A stretch of DNA of 64,000 nucleotides from an uncultured Gemmiger sp. (GCA_944388245.1 CALXIA010000004.1:14900-78899); one strand, 5' to 3'. Numbered from the stretch's first letter, positions 9,486-19,676 are shown. Notes: a model not told the origin generated them from the sequence alone. Numbers and translations are program-made.

Positions 9486-11084
9486 TTATTCGTTTCTTCC
9501 GAATTCGCAGAGCCGCAGGTTGGGGTTGTGCTCCATCGCCCAATCAATACTCCAGGTATTGGTGAAGAGCAGCAGCTTGTTGCCCTTCAGGTCCTCGATG
9601 CGGCGGGTATCGCTGGTCAGGTCCAGGGTTTTGGGATCGGTCTCCGGGTCGGTGATCCAGCGGATCTGCTCATAGGGCAGGTTCTGCATCCGGATCTCCA
9701 CCTTGTACTCGTTGTTCAGCCGGTACTCCAGCACCTCGAACTGCAGCACGCCGACCACCCCCACGATGACCTCTTCCATGCCGCCGCCCAGATCCCGGAA
9801 GATCTGGATAGCGCCCTCCTGGGCGATCTGCTCCATGCCTTTCACGAACTGTTTGCGCTTCATGGTGTCCACCAGGCTGACCCGGGCGAAATGCTCCGGC
9901 GCGAAGGTGGGGATGCCCTCAAACTGCACCGTCTGCTTGCCGGTGCACAGGGTGTCGCCGATCGAGAAGATGCCCGGATCGAACAGGCCCACGATATCGC
10001 CGGCATAAGCCACGTCCACGGTGGCCCGGTCCTGGGCCATCAGCTGGGTGGACTGGGCCAGCTTGATCTTCTTGCCGCCCTGCACGTGGGTGACCTCCAT
10101 GCCCCGCTCGAACTTGCCCGAACAGATCCGCAGAAAGGCGATCCGGTCCCGGTGGGCCTTGTTCATGTTGGCCTGGATCTTGAAGATGAAGCCGGAGAAC
10201 TCCTCCCGGTAGGGATCCACCGGCCCCTGGATCGCGTTGCGGGGCAGGGGAGAGGGGCTCAGGCGCAGAAAATCCCGCAGGAAGGGCTCCACGCCGAAGT
10301 TGGTCAGCGCCGACCCGAAGAACACCGGGCTCAAAAGCCCCCGCAGCACCGCCTGCTCGTCAAACTCCATGCCCGCGCCGTCCAGCAGTTCCACGTCGTC
10401 GGCCAGCTGGGCGTGCAGCGGCGCGGTGATCAGTTCGTCCAGCTTCGGGTCGCCCAGGGTGGCCTCGATGGTGTCCACCATCCGCACCCCGTTGGCCCGG
10501 CCGTCCCCCTGGAAGGCCAGGATGTGCCTGGCCGCCCGGTCGTACACCCCCTTGAACTCCTTGCCGCAGCCGATGGGCCAGTTCATCGGGTAGGTCTGGA
10601 TGCCCAGCACCGTTTCGATCTCCTCCATCAGTTCAAAGGGATCCCGGGCCTCCCGGTCCATCTTGTTGATAAAGGTGAAGATCGGGATGTGCCGCAGGGT
10701 GCAGACCTTGAACAGCTTGATGGTCTGGGCCTCCACGCCCTTGGCCGCGTCGATCACCATCACCGCCGCGTCCGCCGCCATCAGGGTGCGGTAGGTGTCC
10801 TCCGAGAAATCCTGGTGACCGGGGGTGTCCAGAATGTTGATGCAGCGGCCGTCGTATTCAAACTGCAGCACGCTGCTGGTCACCGAGATGCCGCGCTGCT
10901 TCTCGATCTCCATCCAGTCGCTCACCGCGTGGCGGGCGCTCTGCTTGCCCTTGACGCTGCCGGCCTGCTGGATCGCGCCGCCGTACAAAAGCAGCTTTTC
11001 GGTCAGGGTGGTCTTGCCGGCGTCCGGGTGGCTGATGATGGCAAAGGTGCGCCGGCGCTGGATCTCTTCGCGCATGGATGGCAT
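9486..11084 (-). CDS. prfC: Peptide chain release factor 3
   Basis: RRRTFAIISHPDAGKTTLTEKLLL, SDWMEIEKQRGISVTSS, DTPGHQDFSEDTYR. Confidence 0.97.
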   Translation of the reverse strand: MPSMREEIQRRRTFAIISHPDAGKTTLTEKLLLYGGAIQQAGSVKGKQSARHAVSDWMEIEKQRGISVTSSVLQFEYDGRCINILDTPGHQDFSEDTYRTLMAADAAVMVIDAAKGVEAQTIKLFKVCTLRHIPIFTFINKMDREARDPFELMEEIETVLGIQTYPMNWPIGCGKEFKGVYDRAARHILAFQGDGRANGVRMVDTIEATLGDPKLDELITAPLHAQLADDVELLDGAGMEFDEQAVLRGLLSPVFFGSALTNFGVEPFLRDFLRLSPSPLPRNAIQGPVDPYREEFSGFIFKIQANMNKAHRDRIAFLRICSGKFERGMEVTHVQGGKKIKLAQSTQLMAQDRATVDVAYAGDIVGLFDPGIFSIGDTLCTGKQTVQFEGIPTFAPEHFARVSLVDTMKRKQFVKGMEQIAQEGAIQIFRDLGGGMEEVIVGVVGVLQFEVLEYRLNNEYKVEIRMQNLPYEQIRWITDPETDPKTLDLTSDTRRIEDLKGNKLLLFTNTWSIDWAMEHNPNLRLCEFGRNE

Positions 11085-11214
11085 GAATTTCCCTCCTGTG
11101 TGGTGTGGCAACAAAGAAAATCCGCCCGCGGCCTTGCGCCGCGACGGAAAATAAGGCATAACTCTATATAGTATATACGCTTTTTTGGCTCTGCGCAAGG
11201 GTCTGCGGCGGATT

Positions 11215-11413
11215 GCCAATCTGGGGAGACAACGTCTCCCCAGACCCCGGAAATCATGGCCGAAACAATTCGGCCATGGGAATGGTATACAATGAGGCCC
11301 GCGCAAACCAAAAGGGTCTGCGTGGGCCTTGCTTTGGCTTTTCCCGAGGGCCGGAGGATTCCGGCCCGACAAATGGGGGGTCTGGGGGATATGGTTATAT
11401 CCCCCAGATCGGC
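11215..11413. repeat. Modular palindromic element E3 (full A-B-C-B'-A')
   Basis: Terminal hairpins at 11221-11243 and 11382-11407 flanked by GCCAAT/ATCGGC; internal hairpins at 11255-11278, 11295-11329 and 11348-11367. Confidence 0.88.
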
Positions 11414-11415
11414 TT

Positions 11416-11949
11416 TTACCGCCGGGCCAGCCATTGCTCCCGGGTGAGAAGGTTCACCCGGCCGGTGGTCGGCCGGCCCAGCACCTGCACCGGGCGGTCG
11501 TGATGGAAGGCGAACCCCAGCTTTTCCTGCACCCGGCGGGACTGGTCGTTGCCCGCGTGGTAGCCGCACCAGACCGCCCGCATCCCCAGCTCCTCAAAGG
11601 CGTGGCGCAGCAGTTCGGCCGCGGCCTCCGGCATGTAGCCCTGGCCCCAATAGGGTTTGCCCAGCCAGTAGCCCAGTTCGCACTCGTCCGCCCGGTCGGT
11701 CAGGTCGGTGTTGCCGGCCAGCATCAGTTCCGCCGTGCCGATGGGCCGGCCGCTCTCCTTGAGGCACAAGGCGTAGCACTCCGGCCCGGCCAGCACCGAC
11801 CGCAGCACCGCCCGGCTCTCCTCCAGGCTCTTGTGGGGCGCCCAGCCGCAGGCCGGGCCCACGTCCGGGTCCCGGGCGTAGAAAAACAGGTCCTCCGCGT
11901 CGGTGTCCTGCCAGGGCCGCAGCCGCAGCCGTTCGGTGGTCAGCATCAT
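11416..11949 (-). CDS. GNAT N-acetyltransferase (RimJ/RimL type)
   Basis: TERLRLRPW, ELGYWLGKPYWGQGYMPEA, NDQSRRVQEKLGF. Confidence 0.9.
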   Translation of the reverse strand: MMLTTERLRLRPWQDTDAEDLFFYARDPDVGPACGWAPHKSLEESRAVLRSVLAGPECYALCLKESGRPIGTAELMLAGNTDLTDRADECELGYWLGKPYWGQGYMPEAAAELLRHAFEELGMRAVWCGYHAGNDQSRRVQEKLGFAFHHDRPVQVLGRPTTGRVNLLTREQWLARR

Positions 11950-11976
11950 GGGTCTTGTCCTCCTTTTTTGATCCTG

Positions 11977-12900
11977 CTATATGGGAAGCCGGCGCACCAG
12001 CACCGGCAGCGGCGCGCCGGGATGGCCCGGGTGCACCGTCACCGCAAACCGGGCCTCGTCCAGGCCGGTCAGCTGCGCCAGCACCGCCTGCTTTTCCTCC
12101 TCCTGGGGGCCGTGGCCCGGGCTGTAGAGCACCGCCGTCAGCGCGCCGCCCTCCGCCAGCAGGTGCAGCGCCGCCGCCAGCGCCGCCCGGCTGCCCCGGG
12201 CCCGGCTGTGCACCGTGTGGTCCGCCCCCGGCAGCCAGCCGAAGTTGAACATCACCCCGTCCGCCGGGGCAAAGCCCTCCCGCGCCGCCAGCGCCGCCAG
12301 GCGGGCGTGGTCCGCCTGCACCACCCGGCAGCGGGCCGGGTCGGCCCCCGCCGCCGCCAGCCGCGCCCGGGTGGCCGCCACCGCCGCCGGCTGGATGTCC
12401 AGCGCCAGCACCCGGCCCCCCAGCCCGGCCAGAAACACCGTGTCGTGGCCGTTGCCGCAGGTGGCGTCGATGCAGACCGGCGCGGGCCTGCCCGCCAGCG
12501 CCCGGCGCAGCTGGGTCTGCGCCCAGACCACCGCCCCGCTCACCGGCGGGACGCGCCGCCACAGCCCGTCCGCGCAGGGGGCAAAGCCCAGCCGGGCGAA
12601 AAACGGCGCCGCGCCGCCCGGCGCGGCCACCGCCGCCGGGGCCCCCGGCTGGCGGGCCAGCGCCCGCAGCAGATACCGGCCATAGCCCCGGCGCTGCCAC
12701 TGGGGCAGGATGTACAGCCCGGCGAGCACCCCGGCCTCGGCCCGGGCCCCGCCGATCAGCGCCCCGTCCTTTTCCAGCGCCCAGATCCCCCGCCCCGGGC
12801 CGGGCGTCCATGCCTGCGGCCGCGGCGCGCCGCCCAGCGCCCGGGCCTCCCCGGCGGCCAGCCGGACGGCCTGCCGCGGATCCGGCACCAAAAGCTGCAT
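11977..12900 (-). CDS. Fusion of a GNAT-like domain and a class I SAM methyltransferase (YtqB/MnmM-like)
   Basis: N-part LYILPQWQRRGYGRYLL..FFARLGF; C-part IDATCGNGHDTVFLA, LDIQ, MFNFGWLPGAD. Confidence 0.75.
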   Translation of the reverse strand: MQLLVPDPRQAVRLAAGEARALGGAPRPQAWTPGPGRGIWALEKDGALIGGARAEAGVLAGLYILPQWQRRGYGRYLLRALARQPGAPAAVAAPGGAAPFFARLGFAPCADGLWRRVPPVSGAVVWAQTQLRRALAGRPAPVCIDATCGNGHDTVFLAGLGGRVLALDIQPAAVAATRARLAAAGADPARCRVVQADHARLAALAAREGFAPADGVMFNFGWLPGADHTVHSRARGSRAALAAALHLLAEGGALTAVLYSPGHGPQEEEKQAVLAQLTGLDEARFAVTVHPGHPGAPLPVLVRRLPI

Positions 12901-13087
12901 TGCACATTGCCCCCCTCGCATAAATGTGGTATGGTAGATGTATCCCATTATACCAGCCGATGCCCCGGTTTCACATCTTTTTCACCCGGAAAGGATGTGT
13001 TTTTCACAATTTACGGGTATACTGAGGGCACAGGTTAAGAAAAAAGCCCCCAAAAGGGGCATCCGATAGAAAGAAAGGAAGATCCGT

Positions 13088-14335
13088 ATGGAAAACAAAT
13101 GGGAGTATGATTATTCTTCTCTGTATACCTCCGGCGGAAATACCCCGCCCCAGGAACCCGCTTCGCACCCCGCGGCCGCTCCCTCGCCGGAGCAGCCCCC
13201 GGTGCAGGATATGAAACCCGCCCGCAGAAAGCGCGGCATCGGCCGCCGCATCCTGACCGGCGCGCTGGCCCTGGTGGTGGCCGCCGGCGTTGGCTTCGGC
13301 GGCGGCTGGGCCGGGTACATGGCGGCCCGCCAGTCGGTGGGGGCGGACAGCAGCTCCGGCGTGGTGCTGGGCGGCAGCCCCTCCACCGTGGAGCCCACCG
13401 GCGACAGCGGCGCCTCCGCCCTGAGCAAGGTGGACGTGTCCAATCTGGTGGAGCCCAGCGTGGTGGTCATCACCACCGAGCAGGTGGTCACCGGCGGTTT
13501 CTTCGGCCAGTATGTGGAGAGCGGCGCCGGCAGCGGCGTGGTGCTCACCCAGGACGGCTACATCATCACCAACAACCATGTGGTGGCGGGGGCCAGCAAC
13601 ATCAAGGTGACCCTGCATGACGGCACCGAATACACCGCCAGCCTGGTGGGCGCCGATTCCCAGACCGATATCGCGGTGATCAAGATCGACGCCACCGGCC
13701 TGGTGCCGGCGGTGCTGGGCGACAGCGACAGCCTGGCCGTGGGCCAGGAGGTGCTGGCGGTGGGCAACCCGCTGGGTACCCTGGGCGGCACCGTGACCAA
13801 CGGCATCATCTCGGCGCTGAACCGCAGCATCAGCGTGGAGGGCCAGACCATGACCCTGATCCAGCACAGCGCCCAGGTCAGCCCCGGCAACAGCGGCGGC
13901 GGCCTGTTCAACATGAACGGCGAACTGGTGGGCATCGTGAACGCCAAGTCCGGCGACAGTGAGGCCGAGGGTATCGGCTTCGCCATCCCGGTGAACACCG
14001 CCAAGACGGTGGCCCAGCAGCTGATCGACAACGGCTATGTGGCCGGCCGGCCCGCGCTGGGGGTCAGCGTGGTCAGCGGTGAGACCGCCCAGCAGTACTT
14101 CGGCAGCGCCGGCGTGTATATCGTGGAGGTCGTGGCCGGCGGCGGCGCGGCCAACGCGGGCCTGCAGCAGGGCGACCGGATCTTGAGCCTGAACGGTACC
14201 CTGGTGGAGACCACCGACGAGCTGACCAACGCGCTGAGCGCCTACTCCGCCGGCGACACGGTGGAGCTGCAGGTGGCCCGGCAGGGCCAGCTGTTCACCG
14301 CGCAGGTGACCCTGGGCGAGAAGAGCGCATCCTGA
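13088..14335 (+). CDS. htrA: HtrA/DegP serine protease with PDZ domain
   Basis: TM anchor, TNNHVV, DIAVIK, PGNSGG triad motifs, C-terminal PDZ. Confidence 0.93.
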   Translation: MENKWEYDYSSLYTSGGNTPPQEPASHPAAAPSPEQPPVQDMKPARRKRGIGRRILTGALALVVAAGVGFGGGWAGYMAARQSVGADSSSGVVLGGSPSTVEPTGDSGASALSKVDVSNLVEPSVVVITTEQVVTGGFFGQYVESGAGSGVVLTQDGYIITNNHVVAGASNIKVTLHDGTEYTASLVGADSQTDIAVIKIDATGLVPAVLGDSDSLAVGQEVLAVGNPLGTLGGTVTNGIISALNRSISVEGQTMTLIQHSAQVSPGNSGGGLFNMNGELVGIVNAKSGDSEAEGIGFAIPVNTAKTVAQQLIDNGYVAGRPALGVSVVSGETAQQYFGSAGVYIVEVVAGGGAANAGLQQGDRILSLNGTLVETTDELTNALSAYSAGDTVELQVARQGQLFTAQVTLGEKSAS

Positions 14336-14389
14336 AAAACCACTTGACCTTTCGCGCAAAACCGGATATACTGGGTGCTATCCCAGAAC

Positions 14390-14429
14390 AAGGACGTTCC
14401 TGCCAGAGGCGGCGGGAACGTCCTTTTTT
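14390..14429 (+). terminator. Intrinsic terminator downstream of htrA
   Basis: AAGGACGTTCC...GGAACGTCCTT followed by a T run. Confidence 0.8.
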
Positions 14430-14552
14430 GTTCTTTCTTCCGCGGAATTTGAACAATTTGCCGGTTTTCCCGGGCGTGGCGCTGACGCATTGCACAAAAA
14501 TATCCTGCCAGGGGGGATAAGAAAGATGCCCCTTACCGGATTTGGGCAGAGT

Positions 14553-14561
14553 TGCTATAAT
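14553..14561 (+). promoter_or_regulatory. Extended -10 promoter for the ABC operon
   Basis: TGCTATAAT about 60 nt before the start codon. Confidence 0.5.
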
Positions 14562-14619
14562 GAAATCAACAAAGAGCCCCGGTTTGGGGCAGAAAATCCA
14601 AAAAGGAGTGGATCAACGC

Positions 14620-15408
14620 GTGAAAGCAAAGAAAAAAAGCGTGATCGACCGCATCCCCAACTGGGGCTGGCTGCTGATCTCGCTGGCGGTGGCCCTGCTG
14701 GTCTGGACCGCTTTGTCCTACGGCGAAAAAACCGGCCGGTCCTTCTGCCATCCCTGGGAGATCCCCGGCATCTTCATGACCGTCGCCGTTGAGCGCGGCA
14801 TCCTGCTGAGCGACACCGCCAGCAGCCTTCTCACCGTGCTGGCCGGCTACCTGATCGGCTTTGCGATCTCGCTGCCGCTGGCCATCCTGATGGCCTGGTA
14901 CCGGCCCATCCGCTACGTGGTGCAGCCCTGGATCCAGTTCATCCGCAACATCCCGCCCCTGGCCTATGTGCCGCTGATCGTGCTGATGCTGGGCGTGGGC
15001 CGCCAGCCCCAGATCACCGTCATCACCATCGCCACCGTGCTTATCATGAGCGTCACCATCTACCAGGGCGTTGTGAACATCGACGAGACCCTCATCAAAG
15101 CTGCCCGGGTGCTGGGCGCCAAGGACAAGGACGTGTTCATCCGGGTCATCGCCCCGGCCAGCCTGCCCTTCATCCTGACCGCCGCCCGTCTGGGCGCCTC
15201 CACCGCCCTGACCACCCTGATCGCCGCCGAGTCGGTGGGCAGCGGCCTGGGCCTGGGCATGCGGATCCGGGCCTTCAACTCCAACTACGAGCCCTATCCC
15301 ATGCTGCTGTACATCATCGTGATCGGCATCATCGGCCTCGTCATTGAGAAACTCATCAAATTTGTGGAAAGGAAGCTGACAGGATGGCAGGAGAAGCGAG
15401 AGATCTGA
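14620..15408 (+). CDS. ABC transporter permease (SsuC/TauC/NitT family)
   Basis: RNIPPLAYVP, AARVLGA, LIAAE and GLG motifs; GTG start after AAAGGAG. Confidence 0.88.
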   Translation: MKAKKKSVIDRIPNWGWLLISLAVALLVWTALSYGEKTGRSFCHPWEIPGIFMTVAVERGILLSDTASSLLTVLAGYLIGFAISLPLAILMAWYRPIRYVVQPWIQFIRNIPPLAYVPLIVLMLGVGRQPQITVITIATVLIMSVTIYQGVVNIDETLIKAARVLGAKDKDVFIRVIAPASLPFILTAARLGASTALTTLIAAESVGSGLGLGMRIRAFNSNYEPYPMLLYIIVIGIIGLVIEKLIKFVERKLTGWQEKREI

Positions 15409-16196
15409 AGCCCGACACCCGCCCGGTGAAGGTCAAGATCGAGAACGTGGTCAAGAAGTTCGACGGCCGCAACGGCGAGATGGTCGCTTTGAACGGCGTC
15501 AGCCTGGATATTCGCGAAAACGAGTTCATCACGGTGGTGGGCCCCTCCGGCTGCGGCAAGTCCACCCTGCTCAACATCATCGCGGGCCTGCTGCCCGCCA
15601 CCAGCGGCCGGGTGCTCTGCAACGGCAACGAGGTCACCGGCGTGGGCACCGAGCGGGGCGTGGTCTTCCAGCAGTACGCGCTGTTCCCCTGGCTCACCGT
15701 GAAAAAGAACGTGGAGTTCGCTTTGAACATGCGGGGCATCAAGGGCAAGCAGGCCGAGGAAGAGGCCATGCAGTACCTGGAGATGGTGGACCTGGGCAAG
15801 TTTGCCAACCACTATCCCAAGGAGCTCTCCGGCGGCATGAAACAGCGTGTGGCCATCGCCCGCGCCTACGCCGCCGACCCGGAAGTGCTGCTGATGGACG
15901 AACCCTTCGGCGCGCTGGACGCCCAGACCCGCACCCAGCTGCAGACCGAGCTGCTGGAGACCTGGGAGAAAAAGCAGAAGACCTGCTTCTTCATCACCCA
16001 CGACGTGGACGAGGCCATCGTGCTGGGCCAGCGCTGCATCATCATGAGCGCCCGCCCCGGCCGCATCAAGGACATCGTGGAGATCGACATCCCCTATCCC
16101 CGCGACCAGGAGACCAAGATGAGCGCCCGGTTCATGGAACTGAAAAACCACATCTGGGGCGAGGTATACAAGGAATACCTGGAGGTGCGCAAGTAA
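15384..16196 (+). CDS. ABC transporter ATP-binding protein (SsuB/TauB family)
   Basis: GPSGCGKST, VFQQYALFPW, LSGGMKQR, LMDEPFGALD. Confidence 0.93.
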   Translation: MAGEARDLKPDTRPVKVKIENVVKKFDGRNGEMVALNGVSLDIRENEFITVVGPSGCGKSTLLNIIAGLLPATSGRVLCNGNEVTGVGTERGVVFQQYALFPWLTVKKNVEFALNMRGIKGKQAEEEAMQYLEMVDLGKFANHYPKELSGGMKQRVAIARAYAADPEVLLMDEPFGALDAQTRTQLQTELLETWEKKQKTCFFITHDVDEAIVLGQRCIIMSARPGRIKDIVEIDIPYPRDQETKMSARFMELKNHIWGEVYKEYLEVRK

Positions 16197-16281
16197 GCGC
16201 CCTCCCCCGAAAAGGACTGACGGCGCCGTGCGCCGTGCAGATACGAGAGTGAACACAAACATACAAAGGAGGAAACCAACC

Positions 16282-17343
16282 ATGAAAAAGATTCTTGCTC
16301 TGGTGCTGGCTCTGACCATGGTGCTGACCCTGGCCGCCTGCGGCGGTAACGGCACCTCCAGCAGCGCCCCCGCGGCCGGCGGCTCGTCCGCGGCCGGCAC
16401 AAGCACCCCCGCTTCCGAACCCGCCGCCGAGCCCGACGTGGTCAACGTGGCCTACATGGCCAACTACGCCAGCCTGGTGGAGGTCTGCACCGCCATGGAG
16501 AAGGGCTACTTTGCCGACGAGAACATCGAGGTCAAGCTGACCGCCTTCCAGGACGGCCCCACCATCATCGCCGCCATGGAGTCCGGCTCCATTGACATCG
16601 GCTACATCGGTTCCGGCGCCCACAAGCTGGCCATCAACGGTCAGTGCAAGATCTTCTGCTTCGCCCACGTGGGCAACGGCGACGCCGTCATGGGCCTGAA
16701 GAGCAAGGGCGTGGAGACCCCCGCCGACCTGAAGGGCAAGACCATCGGCTATGCCCCCGGCACCTCTTCCGAGACCATCCTGAAGCAGGTCCTGGCCGAC
16801 GCCGGCCTGACCGAAGCCGACGTGAACCTGATGAGCATGGACGCCGACGGCATCGTGACCGCCATGATCGGTGACAGCCTGGACGCGGCCGCCCTGTGGA
16901 GCCCCTCCACCCTGAAGGTGGAAGAGGAGCTGGGCGATGATGTGGTCACCCTGGCCAACAACCTGACCTACGCCGACCAGTCCGCCTCCATCAGCAGCTG
17001 GATCGTCATGCCCGAGTACGCCGAGGCCAACCATGATCTGCTGGTGCGCTTCACCCGCGCCCTGTACCAGGCCAAGGACTACCGCGCCGACATGAGCCAC
17101 GCCGACGAGATCAGCGGCTACATCGCCAGCCTGACCGGCCTGGATAAGGAGACCGTCTACGCCCAGCGCGGCGACGCCGAGTGGCTGACCAGCGAGGAGA
17201 TGATGGCCGAGATCGAGGACGGCACCCTGGCCGCCATGTACCAGACCCAGCAGGACGGCTTCATCGCCACCGGCGACGTGGCCGCGGAAGTTCCCCTGGA
17301 GGACTACATCCTGTGGGACGTGATGGAGGAGGCCGCCCAGTAA
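16282..17343 (+). CDS. ABC substrate-binding lipoprotein (SsuA/TauA/NMT1 family)
   Basis: Lipobox LAAC, FQDGP..SGSIDIG, DLKGKTIG; AAAGGAGG RBS. Confidence 0.88.
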   Translation: MKKILALVLALTMVLTLAACGGNGTSSSAPAAGGSSAAGTSTPASEPAAEPDVVNVAYMANYASLVEVCTAMEKGYFADENIEVKLTAFQDGPTIIAAMESGSIDIGYIGSGAHKLAINGQCKIFCFAHVGNGDAVMGLKSKGVETPADLKGKTIGYAPGTSSETILKQVLADAGLTEADVNLMSMDADGIVTAMIGDSLDAAALWSPSTLKVEEELGDDVVTLANNLTYADQSASISSWIVMPEYAEANHDLLVRFTRALYQAKDYRADMSHADEISGYIASLTGLDKETVYAQRGDAEWLTSEEMMAEIEDGTLAAMYQTQQDGFIATGDVAAEVPLEDYILWDVMEEAAQ

Positions 17344-17496
17344 GCGGCGCTTTTCCCCCCAATACGACACCCTCTTTGATTCACTCCGGATCGGGCGGGC
17401 GGCCGAAAGGCCGTCCGCCTTATCCGGTTTTGGTGGTTTACCCGGCAAAAGTGTGCTACAATGGAAAAAACACGCTGCGTGAAAGGAGGCCGGCCC

Positions 17497-19011
17497 ATGC
17501 CGCTCATCCTGGTATCCCTGCTCTTCGCCGCGTCGCTGGTGCTGCTGGCGCTGCATCGCGGCCGGGAGGAACTGCTGGTCTGCTGCATGTTCGGCAGCCT
17601 GGTGATCTACTGGCTGGGCATCCTGATGTTCATCGCCAAGCGGGGCGGCACCGGCGACGCGCTGGACGCGCTGCTGTTTCTGGGCGCGCCGCTGCGGAAC
17701 GCGCTGCGGGGCGCCAGCCTGACCCTGGGCACCCAGGGGCTGATCGTGGCGGTGGGGCGGTATCTGTTCCCGCCGCTGCTGCTCACCCTGGCGGTGCGCA
17801 ACTCCATGAACCCGGGCATGGGCCCGGTGCGGGGCCGGGTGCTGGCCCTCTGGCCGCTGCCGGTCCTCACCCTGATCGTCTATGTCCCGCCGGTCTTTTA
17901 CGCCGTGGCCGACGGCCGCCCCGGGGTGCAGCGGTTCCTGGTCACCTTCAGCCGGGTGTGGGTGCTGGGGTATGTGATCGCGGCGGCGCTGCTGCTGATC
18001 TACGAGGCGGTGAGCATCACCATGCGGGTCTGCCGCCAGCAGTACATCCCCAAATGCGCCATGCTGGTGAGCATGGCGGTGCTCTACGCCCTCTACTGCC
18101 CCCAGGACCCGGCCCAGATCTACCTGTTCTACCGCAGCGACTACATGTGGTATCTGGGGCTGTGGTATCTGCAGCCCCGGCTCTCGCCGCCGCTGTATAC
18201 GCTGGTGTTCACCGTCAGCGCCGTGGCCGGCGTGGTGGGGCTGTGGAATATGTTCCGGTACACCCGGCTGCGGATCACGGAGAATATGGACGAGGTCAGC
18301 CTGCGCCGCCGGTTCGACGCCGCCAGTATGGGGGCCAGCGTTTTTGCCCACAGTATCAAAAACCAGCTGCTGGCCAACCGGGTGGTCTTCAAGCGGCTGG
18401 ACGCGGTTCTGGCCGAGCCGGAGCCCGACCCGGAAAAGCTGCGGGGCTATATGAACACCCTGAAGGAGACCAACGAAAACCTGCTGGTGCGGGTGGGGGA
18501 GCTGTACCAGAGCGTTAAGAGCAGCACCATCACCCTGGTGCCGGTGCCGCTGGGGGAACTGGCCGATGACGCGGTGGACCGGATGCACCGCAAGCACCCG
18601 GACGCGCCGGTGTCGGTGGAGCTGGACCGGGACTGCCGGGTGCTGGCCGACCGGGCCCATCTGGCCGCGGCGCTGAGCAATCTGCTGTCCAACGGGTGGG
18701 AGGCCACCCTGGCCGCCGGCCGGGCCGACCCGGTGCGGCTGATCGGCCACACCGAGCGGCTCAACACCGTGCTGGAGGTGCGGGACGCGGGCTGCGGCAT
18801 CGCCCGCGCCGAGACCCGCCGGATCTTTGAGCCCTTTTATTCCAGCAAGAATTCCAACTACAACTGGGGCATGGGGCTGTACTATGTGCGGTCCATCGTG
18901 CGCAGCCATCTGGGCAGCGTGCGGATGGAGAGCGAGCGGGGCAAGGGCACCAGCTTTTTTGTGATCCTGCCCCGGTTCGACCCGGGCAAGCGAAAGGAGA
19001 AACGTCCATGA
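17497..19011 (+). CDS. Multi-TM sensor histidine kinase
   Basis: About 7 TM segments; H-box AHSIKNQL, N-box NLLSN, DAGCGI, IFEPFYSSK, GMGL. Confidence 0.9.
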   Translation: MPLILVSLLFAASLVLLALHRGREELLVCCMFGSLVIYWLGILMFIAKRGGTGDALDALLFLGAPLRNALRGASLTLGTQGLIVAVGRYLFPPLLLTLAVRNSMNPGMGPVRGRVLALWPLPVLTLIVYVPPVFYAVADGRPGVQRFLVTFSRVWVLGYVIAAALLLIYEAVSITMRVCRQQYIPKCAMLVSMAVLYALYCPQDPAQIYLFYRSDYMWYLGLWYLQPRLSPPLYTLVFTVSAVAGVVGLWNMFRYTRLRITENMDEVSLRRRFDAASMGASVFAHSIKNQLLANRVVFKRLDAVLAEPEPDPEKLRGYMNTLKETNENLLVRVGELYQSVKSSTITLVPVPLGELADDAVDRMHRKHPDAPVSVELDRDCRVLADRAHLAAALSNLLSNGWEATLAAGRADPVRLIGHTERLNTVLEVRDAGCGIARAETRRIFEPFYSSKNSNYNWGMGLYYVRSIVRSHLGSVRMESERGKGTSFFVILPRFDPGKRKEKRP

Positions 19012-19676
19012 GCATCCGAATCCTGGTGGCCGAGGACTTTACCCTGCTGCGGGAGGATATGTGCGAGGTGCTGAGCCTGCAGCCGGATTTTCAGGTGGTG
19101 GGCAGCGCCGCCAGCGGCGCCGAGGCGGTGGAGCTGGCCGCCCGGGTGCCCTACGACATCCTGCTGATGGATATCGAGATGGAGCAGGTGAACGCCGGCA
19201 TCCTGGCCGCCGAACAGATCCGGGACGCCGACCCCGACGCCAAGATCATCTTCCTCACCGCCCACGAGACCGAGAACATGATCACCGTGGCCATGGCCAC
19301 CGGCGCGGTGGACTATGTGGTCAAGGGCGGCAAGGACGAGGAGCTGTTCCGCCACATCCGGCTGGCCTACGAGGGCCGCCCCATGCTGGACCCGGATATC
19401 CAGGGCATCGTGATGAAGGAGTACAGCCGGCTGCGCCGCAGCGAGTCGAACCTGTTGTTCTTCATCAACAACATCTCCCGCCTCACCCCCACCGAGCGGG
19501 AACTGGTGCGCTGCCTGTTGCAGGATCTGTCGGTCAAGGAGATCGCCGCCCAGCGCTGCGTGGAACCCGGCACCGTCAAGGCCCAGATCAAGAGCCTGCG
19601 GGGCAAGTTCGGCTGTTCCCGCACCCACGAGATCGTGGATATGATCCGGGGGCTGAACATCAGCCACCTGTTCTGA
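19008..19676 (+). CDS. NarL/LuxR-family response regulator
   Basis: ILVAED, LMDIEM receiver motifs; LTPTERE..SVKEIA..TVKAQI HTH; ATGA overlap with the kinase. Confidence 0.9.
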   Translation: MSIRILVAEDFTLLREDMCEVLSLQPDFQVVGSAASGAEAVELAARVPYDILLMDIEMEQVNAGILAAEQIRDADPDAKIIFLTAHETENMITVAMATGAVDYVVKGGKDEELFRHIRLAYEGRPMLDPDIQGIVMKEYSRLRRSESNLLFFINNISRLTPTERELVRCLLQDLSVKEIAAQRCVEPGTVKAQIKSLRGKFGCSRTHEIVDMIRGLNISHLF

